A stretch of 48,952 bases of DNA from an uncultured Candidatus Saccharibacteria bacterium (lineage in GTDB: Bacteria > Patescibacteriota > Minisyncoccia > Phycocordibacterales > CAIRYW01): positions 1-48,952 of the forward strand of contig CAZOAK010000003.1 of NCBI GenBank assembly GCA_964577785.1. The letters are read 5' to 3'. The notes under the pieces were generated by a model. That model made no database searches and had not been told where the DNA came from. It saw nothing but the letters and a program-made list of their open reading frames with translations. This document shows, in pieces, positions 25,255 through 34,255 of this stretch. The translations under genes and the position numbers were made by a program. Every line of letters starts with the position of its first letter. Within the stretch, counting starts at the first letter, position 1.

Positions 25255-27037
25255 ATGAACAACAATAACCCAGAAATAAGAAATATAGCCATAATCGCCC
25301 ACGTGGACCACGGCAAGACCACGCTCACAGATGCCATAATGAAGCAGACTGGTGCCAATGTAGGTGAAGTATCCATGGACTCAAACGCTCTAGAAAAGGA
25401 ACGTGGCATTACTATCTATGCCAAAAACACATCTATTAGATACAAAGATACTAAAATCAACATTGTAGATACCCCGGGTCACGCCGACTTCGGTTCAGAA
25501 GTAGAGCGAGGACTGTGTTCTTTTGGTTGTTGATGCTCAAGAAGGTCCAATGCCTCAAACAAGATTCGTGCTTAAGAAATCTTTAGAACTAGGACTTAAA
25601 CCAATCGTTGTAATAAATAAGATTGATAAACCAGCAGCAAACCCGGCAAAAGCACATGATGAAGTACTAGAACTATTTTTGGATCTTGGTGCTAACGATG
25701 AGCAATGTAACTTCCCTACTGTATATGCTATTGGACGTGAAGGAGTTGCGATGAAAAATCTTACAGATGAGAGAAAAGATTTGAGTCCACTTCTAGATGT
25801 AGTACTTGAGCATGTACCTGTTGCCAATACAAAAGATGACGTGCCACTTCGCGCACAAGCATTCAACCTTGCATATGACAACTTCCTTGGACGTATGGCA
25901 GTATGTCGTATGTATGAAGGAACAATAAAGGACGGTCAAACAGTAACAGTCAAAAAACAATCAGGAGCAGTAGGTACAGGACGACTTACAAAACTCTATA
26001 CATTCGAAGGAATCGTTAAAAAAGAAGTTCCGGTGGCTCACTCTGGAGATATTGTGATGATTGCCGGAATTCCTGATATTTATATTGGAGATACTATTTG
26101 TATAACACCAGACCAAGAATCACTGCCAGCTATTAACGTTGATGAACCAACAATCGCCCTAGACTTCATTGTTAATGACTCGCCATTTGCGGGACGAGAA
26201 GGAAAATTCGTAACAACAAGACAGATTAGAGACAGACTTGAAAAAGAATTAGAAATAAACGTTGGACTCAAAGTTGATTTCGGTGCCAACGATGCATTCA
26301 AAGTTTATGGTCGCGGAGAACTACATATTGGTATCTTACTCGAAAACATGAGACGCGAAGGTTTCGAAATGCAGGTATCACAGCCACAAGTTATTATTCA
26401 TGAAATAGAAGGTAGAAAACAAGAACCTTATGAAGAAGTAACAGTAGATGTTCCTACAGAATTCTCTGGAGCAATTATTGAAAAACTAGGTAAGAGAAAA
26501 GGAATAATGAGCAACATGAAGCAGGATGGTAATCAAACTCGACTTATTTTTGAAATCCCAACTCGAGGATTACTCGGATACAGAAACCAATTCGTTATTG
26601 ATACAAAAGGTGAAGGAATTCTTTGTTCTAGATTTATAGATTTTAGAGACTATGCTGGAGTTATAGAGAAACGAGAGGTAGGATCAATGATTTCTATGGA
26701 AGCTGGTAAAACACTTGCCTTTGCATTGGACAACCTACAACAAAGAGGAACTCTATATCTTGGACCCGGAACAGAAGTATATGTTGGACAGGTTATTGGT
26801 AACACTTCAAAGGGTGATGAAATGGAAGTTAACCCAACAAAAGGTAAACAACTTACAAACATGCGTGCCTCAGGTTCTGATGGAACAACATATCTAACAC
26901 CATTTTATGAAGTGGATATTGAAAGAGGTCTAGAACTTATCCAAGAAGATGAATATCTAGAAATAACACCAAAAAGTGTTCGTATCAGAAAGAAACTTCT
27001 AACAAATACTGATAGAGCGAAATCGAAGAAGAAGTAA
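25255..27037 (+). pseudogene. typA: translational GTPase TypA/BipA, interrupted in switch II
   Basis: [10 protein letters not shown] and [14 protein letters not shown] lead to a stop at 25531. The homologous sequence resumes in the +1 frame as [20 protein letters not shown] from 25511. About 5 conserved residues are missing. Confidence 0.8.
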
Positions 27038-27098
27038 TTCGTTTGGAGTACCAAACTCAAATTAAACAAGTTTCAATTGATCAATTTTCAAGTAAACA

Positions 27099-27121
27099 GC
27101 ACCGAGGCTTTGCCTCGGTGC
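27099..27121. terminator. GC-rich hairpin terminator between typA and truB
   Basis: GCACCGAGGC / TTT / GCCTCGGTGC followed by ATTTATT. Confidence 0.7.
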
Positions 27122-27150
27122 ATTTATTCTTAATACATAATACATAATTC

Positions 27151-27906
27151 TTAATTCAATATGTATTTTCCAACCTTCGTTCTCTTGATCGAATACGCGA
27201 GTGCTGGAACTCCAAGATTTTTACCCAAATTATGTGCGAGTGAACGCATATATGTTCCACTACTACAACTGACTTTTATCTTAACAATTCTGTAGGGGTC
27301 CAACCCCTGCAGATTTTGTTGCCACAGATCCAAAATCTCGCTTTGGCGAAATACTCCTTTCACTCTTCCTATTCTCTCGTTTATTTCTTTCAATAAAATT
27401 TCTGAACTAATTTCTCTTTCTTCTAACATTTCAATATCAAAAATCTCAACTTCTTTAGTCGGCATTGTTTCTGGTAGCTCTCCTTTATTTGCCAATTCAT
27501 GTAATTGAACACCATCTACAGTTTTAGATGAATATGCTGGATACTCCTGAACAAACTTCCCTTTAAATTTTTCTAATTCCCTTTCAATCTCTGAATTTTG
27601 AATTATACTTTTTACTTTTTCCTTTTGACTTTTTACTTTCCCCAAGATGTCGTATGTATCCGACTCAAATCCAGACAGAATTTCCACTTCATATTCTTTA
27701 TCCAATCCTAAATACTTGCCCTTGTTTTTACATTCCTCCCCTACAAGAACCAAAAGTACCCCCTCTGCCATTGGATCAAGTCTTCCAGCATAAGTCATTG
27801 GTATCAAGGGGTCCAACCCCTGGATGACACGAAAGCGCTCCATACATTCAAGCGGTGTTTCGCCTATTTCCTTGTTTAAAATAAATAATGATTGTGTTTC
27901 TGCCAT
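27151..27906 (-). CDS. truB: TruB-family tRNA pseudouridine synthase
   Basis: AGRLDPMAEGVLLVLVGEE (catalytic Asp motif). Start trimmed to MAETQS. Confidence 0.65.
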   Translation of the reverse strand: MAETQSLFILNKEIGETPLECMERFRVIQGLDPLIPMTYAGRLDPMAEGVLLVLVGEECKNKGKYLGLDKEYEVEILSGFESDTYDILGKVKSQKEKVKSIIQNSEIERELEKFKGKFVQEYPAYSSKTVDGVQLHELANKGELPETMPTKEVEIFDIEMLEEREISSEILLKEINERIGRVKGVFRQSEILDLWQQNLQGLDPYRIVKIKVSCSSGTYMRSLAHNLGKNLGVPALAYSIKRTKVGKYILN

Positions 27907-27927
27907 ATATTGATAAAATACACTAAT

Positions 27928-28908
27928 ATGGAAGAAAAACAAAATAAAGTAAGCATTGATAGCTACAAAGGAGTTCGAGATTTCTATCCTGAGGATATGG
28001 CAATCCAGAATTATATTTTTGACACATGGCGCAAAGTTGCTAAAGAATTTGGTTATGTTGAATATGGAGCATCAATTTTAGAATACGCAGACTTATACAA
28101 AGCCAAAGGTGAACGAAACGAAGAGATTGTAAATGAACAAATGTATACATTCACTGATAAAGGTGACCGTGAAGTTGCACTTCGTCCTGAAATGACTCCA
28201 ACACTTGCACGAATGATTGCTGCAAGGCGCAAAGGCCTGAAGCTACCTTTGAGATGGTTCTCAATACCAAACTGTTTTAGATATGAACGAACACAGAGAG
28301 GTCGCAAACGAGAACATTGGCAATTGAATTGTGATCTTATGGGAGTTACTAAAGATTTTTCCGCAACAGGTGCAGATGTTGAAATAATTTCACTTTCATA
28401 CAAAATTATGAAGGAATTTGGAGCAAATGATGAGGATTTTGTTATTAAAATAAATAGCAGAATCCTGTTGCAGGAGCAAATAGGTGACAAACTTTTAAAC
28501 AAAGATCTCTATCCAAAAGCAATGAGACTTCTCGATAAAAAGGACAAAATAGAAAAAGATGAATTTGATAAAGCATGGAAGGAAATTTCTAATGAAAATT
28601 TTGAAATTAATTTTGAAGCAAATAATAAAATTAATACACTAATAAATGCATTAGGAAAAAACGGAGTAAACAATGTTATATACGACCCAGTACTGACAAG
28701 AGGATTTGATTATTATACAGATGTAGTATTTGAAGTCTTTGATACAAATCCAGAAAATTCTCGTTCCCTATTCGGTGGTGGTCGCTATGATAATTTACTT
28801 GAAATGTTTGGTGTTGAACCACTTCCTACCGTTGGATTTGGTATGGGAGATGTGACAATCAGAGATTTCCTTGAAACTCACAAGCTCCCTCCATTCAATT
28901 CAAAATAG
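27928..28908 (+). CDS. hisS: histidyl-tRNA synthetase catalytic core, with no anticodon-binding domain
   Basis: GVRDFYPED, RPEMTPTLARM, FRYERTQRGRKREHWQ, GGGRYDNL and GFGMG. The ORF stops about 15 aa after motif 3. Confidence 0.85.
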   Translation: MEEKQNKVSIDSYKGVRDFYPEDMAIQNYIFDTWRKVAKEFGYVEYGASILEYADLYKAKGERNEEIVNEQMYTFTDKGDREVALRPEMTPTLARMIAARRKGLKLPLRWFSIPNCFRYERTQRGRKREHWQLNCDLMGVTKDFSATGADVEIISLSYKIMKEFGANDEDFVIKINSRILLQEQIGDKLLNKDLYPKAMRLLDKKDKIEKDEFDKAWKEISNENFEINFEANNKINTLINALGKNGVNNVIYDPVLTRGFDYYTDVVFEVFDTNPENSRSLFGGGRYDNLLEMFGVEPLPTVGFGMGDVTIRDFLETHKLPPFNSK

Positions 28909-28972
28909 TTTTTATTATTCTGTATCTGTATTTATTCATAATTCTTAATTCCTAATACTTAATTCCATCTAT

Positions 28973-29548
28973 ATGAAAAAAGTAGTATTCGACATTGAAA
29001 CTCGTAATGTATTTGAAGATGTTGGCAAAGCAGATCCTGCCCTATTAGATATTTCTCTTGTTGGAGTATATGAATACGAGACCGACAAATATTCAAGTTA
29101 TCTAGTAGAAGATCTACCGAAACTCTGGCCAATACTAGAACAAGCAGATGTTTTAATTACTTTTAACGGAGATCATTTTGATATTCCTCTTTTAAATAAA
29201 TATTATCATGGTGATTTGAGCAAAATAAAATCGCTGGACTTGCTTGTAGAATTCCGTGCTGCATTAGGTAGACGTGTAGGACTTGGCAATATCGCAGAAT
29301 CAACACTGAATGTAGGTAAAAGTGCTCACGGATTACAAGCAGTAGAGTGGTGGAAAAAAGGAGACATAGAAAGTATCCGTAAATACTGTCTACAAGATGT
29401 AAAAGTAACCAAGGAAGTATACGAGTACGCACTAAAACACAAAAAACTAAAATATAAAGATGGTGACAATATTAAAAGTGTTATAATAGATACTACAAGT
29501 TGGGAAATTAATAATAATAACGCAATGACATTTTCATTGCCATTTTAA
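28973..29548 (+). CDS. DEDD-type 3'-5' exonuclease (RNase H-like fold)
   Basis: FDIET, NGDHFDIPLL and YCLQDV, corresponding to Exo I-III motifs. Confidence 0.6.
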   Translation: MKKVVFDIETRNVFEDVGKADPALLDISLVGVYEYETDKYSSYLVEDLPKLWPILEQADVLITFNGDHFDIPLLNKYYHGDLSKIKSLDLLVEFRAALGRRVGLGNIAESTLNVGKSAHGLQAVEWWKKGDIESIRKYCLQDVKVTKEVYEYALKHKKLKYKDGDNIKSVIIDTTSWEINNNNAMTFSLPF

Positions 29549-29551
29549 AAA

Positions 29552-30265
29552 ATGGAACATAATCACGAACATCATAATCATGGTCAGAAAAATAATTTAG
29601 CAGTACCTATTTCTATAGTTATTGCTGGAGCACTTATTGCCTTAGCGGTATTTATGTCAAATAAATCCCCTTCAGCCGCTGTAGGTGGAGCGAATGAACA
29701 AGGTGGTGCAACTATCGAATCAGTAGCAAAATCAATAAAAATAAATGCTAAAGCTCTAGCAAAGTGTACTGAGAGTGACAAATATCTAACAAAAGTCACA
29801 GATTCAATAGCTGAAGCACAATCTACTGGAGGAAATGGTACACCATGGAGTATTGTCGTTACTAAATCTGGCAAGAAATATGCTCTCTCAGGTGCTCAAC
29901 CAATAGAAAAAGTTAAAGCACTTATTGATCAAGCTATAAAAGATGAAGTGGCAACAACTGATGCTAAATTGGATAATTTAAAACCAGTTACAGCAACTGA
30001 CCACATACGAGGAGATATAAATGCACCAGTTAAGATTGTTCAATTCTCTGACATTGATTGTCCTTTCTGTAAAAAATTCCACACAACAATGCAAGAGGTC
30101 ATGAAAACTTATGGTAAGGATGGAAAAGTAGCATGGGTCTTCCGAAACTTCCCTTTGACACAATTACACCCAGACGCTGCAAACAAAGCTGAAGCATCAG
30201 AATGTATAGCTGAACTAGGAGGTAATGACAAGTTCTGGAGTTTTGTGGATGGATTGAGTAAGTAA
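29552..30265 (+). CDS. membrane-anchored DsbA-like thiol:disulfide oxidoreductase
   Basis: N-terminal TM segment and CPFC in a thioredoxin-fold context (FSDIDCPFCKKFH). Confidence 0.75.
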   Translation: MEHNHEHHNHGQKNNLAVPISIVIAGALIALAVFMSNKSPSAAVGGANEQGGATIESVAKSIKINAKALAKCTESDKYLTKVTDSIAEAQSTGGNGTPWSIVVTKSGKKYALSGAQPIEKVKALIDQAIKDEVATTDAKLDNLKPVTATDHIRGDINAPVKIVQFSDIDCPFCKKFHTTMQEVMKTYGKDGKVAWVFRNFPLTQLHPDAANKAEASECIAELGGNDKFWSFVDGLSK

Positions 30266-30312
30266 TATCTGAAATACAGGTAGTAAGTTGGTAAGTTTGT
30301 AAGGAAAATTTA

Positions 30313-30348
30313 AAAACTGCACCGCGCCTTAAGGCGCGGTGCAGTTTT
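30313..30348. terminator. 36-nt perfect palindrome, bidirectional terminator
   Basis: AAAACTGCACCGCGCCTT/AAGGCGCGGTGCAGTTTT between convergent genes. Confidence 0.8.
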
Positions 30349-30397
30349 ATATTGAACCATCTAACCACCTTACAACCTAACTAGCTAACAAACTTCC

Positions 30398-33349
30398 CTA
30401 GATATTTATACTTTTTCTCAACTCACAGTACTCACAATCTTTCTCATCACAACCTTTGAGCAAAAATTCACCAGACATTATTTCTTCAAACACATTTTCT
30501 ATTTCTGACTTAAGCTCAGTAACCATTTCACTAGTTAATTCAAATGTATGCGCCACCCTTTTAGCATTATCATCTCTCTTAACGAAATTTATTTGCCCAC
30601 TATTTACATGCACTTTATTATCCATTAGTTCAAGAAACATTTTATAGAATGTTATCTGTCTGAGATAATTTTGGTCTGAATTCTGAGTTTGCCCCATCAC
30701 CTCGTTACGAGACTTGGGTTTGCCGGTTTTAAAATCAATTACAAAATAACTCCCACTCTTTTCGTCCACTCTATCCACGTAACCTTTGATAAAAATATTA
30801 TAATTTTGACCATTATATTCAAATGGATATTCATGCTCTAATTTGTACTCCACTTTGTAAAGCTCATCATCAGATAAACCATTATTAGCTACAAAATCAA
30901 GCAGTTCAGGTTTATATTCCTTGAGCACACTTTTTCTTTCTCTATCTTTTATTGCTTGCTGATTCATAAGTCTCTCAAATATCACATAAAACATCTCTGC
31001 CGTATGTTCTTTTTTGCGAAGTACTAAATTCCAATATTCCTCTAACGCATCATGAGTGACATTACCAACAAACAGACTCAGATTCTGAGCAAACGGAAAT
31101 CGGAGGAGATTATTAAATAAATATTTATTTGAACATTGTAAGAAATTATTTAAAGCACTGACTGAAAATGATTGCGACAAGAATAAATCTCGATAGAAAT
31201 CAATCTTATCTTTTGGTATTATTTCTTCAGTGAATTTTAGTGATGCTTTCTTTTCAATATCTACACGTTCAATTAGGTCCGTCCTTATTTCACCTATAAA
31301 TCCTGACTCCTCATTCTCCCGGCCATCAATTTTAAACTTGGGGAATGTTAGTTCTAAATGTTTCTTGGCACGAGTCATGGATACAAAGAGTAATTTACGT
31401 GCGTCCTCTAGATTACTTTCTGACTTACCCTGACTTAAAAGTGTGTCAATATTAATAAAATTAGATCTATGTTTTGATTCACCCCAATCACTATTTGTCA
31501 CATTAACAATAAATACGTTATCAAACTCAAGCCCTTTGGATTTATGAGCAGTCATCAAATTCACTCTCGATTCACCAACATCTTTTGGTATCGTCACCTT
31601 CATGTCATATTCAATAGCTTTATCCAGAAAGTTTTTGAAAGATTTTATATTTGCATTTTCATCTTTTGTCACAACCTGTTTTGCCATATCCGCAAAAGAC
31701 CGTAATATTCCAAGTTTATGATTTAACACCACTCCATCAGAAGTTTTGAGATAATCAGTCTTTCGCGCAAACTCTTCAACAAGTAGTACCGGACTATTTT
31801 TTAAAGCAAAATCTGATAAATATTTTATTTTTCCTACTACACCCTTTATTTCCTCATCTTCAGATTCTGATAGTACCTCAAAGTACGACTTACTGCTCAA
31901 AGCAAAATCTTTGTTTATTTTATGAACCTTATCGATACTAATATTAAACACGCTACTGCAAAGTATCCGAGCAATGCTTTCATTATCATAAAAATCATTC
32001 AGTAGCTTTATTGTAGTCACAAATTCGATTGCAGATCGATCAGAAAAGAGTTCATTGTCATTATGGGTAGTGTATCTGATATTCAAGAGGTCCAACGCTC
32101 TAGCAATATTATCTTTTTCCTTATTTTGTCTGTATATTATTGCGATGTCTTCTGTATCACTATTTTCTATAATTTCCTTAACTCTCATTCCAATGTATTC
32201 GGACTCACTATCTTTATCATATAGAGAAACAAACTTTATTTTACCCGAACCAACATCTCTACCCTCTGCTTTAAGATTATTTTTATTAATCAACAAATCC
32301 GCTCTTTTTGATATCAAATCAAAAGAATAGTCCAAAATATTTTGGTGTGACCTATAATTTACTTCAAGATTAATTCTTTTGGCACCTTCATATCGTTTTT
32401 CAAACCCAGTAAAGTTCTCAAGTGTTCCTCCCTGGAATCTGAATATTGCCTGCTTCTCATCACCTACCACCATAATATTTGGCTTGTCTATAATATTAAA
32501 CATGTCCAATATTTTATTCTGAGATTCGTTCGCATCTTGATGCTCGTCAGCTAAAATAAATTGATATTCCTCTGCAATTTCAAATTGTAGGTCTTTCTCC
32601 TTTTCTACTTTTTTGACCACTTCATTTATAACATCATCAAAATCATAGTGTCTGAGCTTATTTTTTTTGCTCTCATAAATCTCATAGACTTCTACAATCT
32701 CCCTCATCTTTTCTACCATTTTAAATTTTGGTTTTGCCTCACTTTTTATTTCACCTTTTGTTTTACCTCGAGTTGAAATATTATCTGGATCATTTTTAAT
32801 ATTATCCTCGTATATATCAATAAGCTTTCCCAACTTTTCAGGATCTATGAACTCACGTTTTAATTCCTTGATGTAATTTATGATATTTTTAATCTGGAAA
32901 TATGGACTAAATGTAGATTTAATTCTTTCAAAATCACCATTATCAATTATCTCCTCAAACAATGTTATCGAGTCATCTTCATTTATAAACCTGAAGTTAT
33001 TAAACTCTGCAAAATAATCATTGTATCGTCGCAGGATTTGTTCAGCAAAAGAATGATATGTAAATATATTAACCTTTAAAGCATCGCTTCCGATTATCTC
33101 TCGAAGCTTGTCTTTCATTGCCTTAACCCCAGACTCAGTAAAAGTAAGCGCCAGAATCTGCTCTGGACGAGTATCGGTCTCAATTAGAATATTGGCTATA
33201 CGAAGTGTTAAAAGCGTTGTCTTACCAGTACCTGGCCCTGCCACAACCATCACTGGTCCATATATAGTATCCACCGCCTCCTTCTGGGATTTGTTTAATT
33301 CACTGTATTTATCTTTAAATTTATTTTGAAAAATTTCACTCGTAGCCAT
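30398..33349 (-). CDS. UvrD/PcrA-type SF1 helicase fused to a PD-(D/E)xK nuclease with a Cas4/AddB-like Cys cluster
   Basis: VVAGPGTGKTT, LADEHQD and MTAHKSKGLEF in the helicase part. C-terminal DRVDE..VIDFKTGK, with LQCSNKY plus CDEKDCEYC (C..C-x4-C-x2-C). Confidence 0.85.
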   Translation of the reverse strand: MATSEIFQNKFKDKYSELNKSQKEAVDTIYGPVMVVAGPGTGKTTLLTLRIANILIETDTRPEQILALTFTESGVKAMKDKLREIIGSDALKVNIFTYHSFAEQILRRYNDYFAEFNNFRFINEDDSITLFEEIIDNGDFERIKSTFSPYFQIKNIINYIKELKREFIDPEKLGKLIDIYEDNIKNDPDNISTRGKTKGEIKSEAKPKFKMVEKMREIVEVYEIYESKKNKLRHYDFDDVINEVVKKVEKEKDLQFEIAEEYQFILADEHQDANESQNKILDMFNIIDKPNIMVVGDEKQAIFRFQGGTLENFTGFEKRYEGAKRINLEVNYRSHQNILDYSFDLISKRADLLINKNNLKAEGRDVGSGKIKFVSLYDKDSESEYIGMRVKEIIENSDTEDIAIIYRQNKEKDNIARALDLLNIRYTTHNDNELFSDRSAIEFVTTIKLLNDFYDNESIARILCSSVFNISIDKVHKINKDFALSSKSYFEVLSESEDEEIKGVVGKIKYLSDFALKNSPVLLVEEFARKTDYLKTSDGVVLNHKLGILRSFADMAKQVVTKDENANIKSFKNFLDKAIEYDMKVTIPKDVGESRVNLMTAHKSKGLEFDNVFIVNVTNSDWGESKHRSNFINIDTLLSQGKSESNLEDARKLLFVSMTRAKKHLELTFPKFKIDGRENEESGFIGEIRTDLIERVDIEKKASLKFTEEIIPKDKIDFYRDLFLSQSFSVSALNNFLQCSNKYLFNNLLRFPFAQNLSLFVGNVTHDALEEYWNLVLRKKEHTAEMFYVIFERLMNQQAIKDRERKSVLKEYKPELLDFVANNGLSDDELYKVEYKLEHEYPFEYNGQNYNIFIKGYVDRVDEKSGSYFVIDFKTGKPKSRNEVMGQTQNSDQNYLRQITFYKMFLELMDNKVHVNSGQINFVKRDDNAKRVAHTFELTSEMVTELKSEIENVFEEIMSGEFLLKGCDEKDCEYCELRKSINI

Positions 33350-33355
33350 GTAGGC

Positions 33356-33364
33356 ATTATATCA
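33356..33364 (-). promoter_or_regulatory. extended -10 element (TGaTATAAT) 6 nt upstream of the helicase ATG, giving a possible leaderless transcript
   Basis: The minus strand reads TTTGATATAATGCCTACATG. There is no Shine-Dalgarno sequence. Confidence 0.3.
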
Positions 33365-33373
33365 AATTACTGT

Positions 33374-33399
33374 TTTATCGGACATCCGACGTCCGATTA
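33374..33399. repeat. REP-1 palindromic element, copy 1
   Basis: TTTATCGGACATCCGACGTCCGATTA. The stem is ATCGGAC/GTCCGAT with a 7-nt loop. Its last 3 nt are the RAYT-1 stop codon. Confidence 0.8.
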
Positions 33400-34110
33400 C
33401 TCCATGGTCAAGCGCACAAACTCAGCGTCACCATTTTTCTTTTCCCATTTACCACTAAGAATTACATCTCGAGAAAAAGATTTAAAACTTTTTTCACTAA
33501 AAATCTCTCCCAGAATATCTTTGTCTATTATAGGTGACAAATTTTCTTGATACACACTGTAGTCAGCGAAACTTGAAAATTCATAAGTTTTTGCCCACTC
33601 CCAGGCATCATTAAAATTTTTTTGTGCACCTTTCAGTCCCCCTTTTGGATATAGTTCAAAAGTGTTTTTGACCATAATATAAATTGCGAGATACCGCAGA
33701 TATATATCTTCCTCGATAGTTCTACCTCTATACCCTCCTTGAAAAATACTTCCCTTGCTTTCATATTTTTCATTAAAATGTTTGCTCATGCTACCTCCAA
33801 TTTTTTTCATAAATTTTGCAATTCCGCCTTCCTGTATCTCTTTAAGAATAAAATGAAAATGGTTTGGCATAAGTGTGTAACAAAGTATCTTAACTATAGG
33901 TTTACGCTCTTGCCAATTAGCAGGCCATTCGAATGGATTTAAACCTTCAATATCTTTCTCCCACCAATCATGATTATGCTTATCATTCATGTAATATAAA
34001 AGGTGCAGAAAACGCGATTTGTCAGATTGGTCGCTGGTAATCTCCAAACCTCGTCCACCGCGCTTTATTACATGGATATAATTATTTATTGTAAAAGGTT
34101 CAACTCTCAT
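33397..34110 (-). mobile_element. RAYT-type HUH/Y1 (IS200-like) transposase homologue 1
   Basis: YIHVIKRGGRG, LMPNHFHFILKE (HUH) and YLAIYIMVKN (Tyr motif). The start could also be 34137. Confidence 0.75.
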
Positions 34111-34127
34111 AAGCTTATTATACACCC

Positions 34128-34151
34128 TTTCGGACATCCGACATCCGGTTA
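34128..34151. repeat. REP-1, degenerate copy 3
   Basis: TTTCGGACATCCGACATCCGGTTA. Has two substitutions in the 3' arm relative to the consensus and overlaps the alternative ATG of RAYT-1. Confidence 0.6.
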
Positions 34152-34229
34152 AAATATTAGCGCACAAGTAATCCTTGTAATTAAGAATTTCTTAATTTCT
34201 AAACTTTTTTTGTGCCCGCGGATTTTATC

Positions 34230-34255
34230 TTTATCGGACATCCGACGTCCGATTA
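34230..34255. repeat. REP-1 palindromic element, copy 2
   Basis: 26/26 identical to copy 1. Its last 3 nt are the stop codon of the 1138-aa gene. Confidence 0.8.

Noticed and set aside
25531-25533. UGA recoding (code 4/25) to rescue typA
   Set aside because: Reading through the TGA stays in the wrong frame relative to the conserved [11 protein letters not shown] sequence. Other genes in the window do not need UGA read-through.
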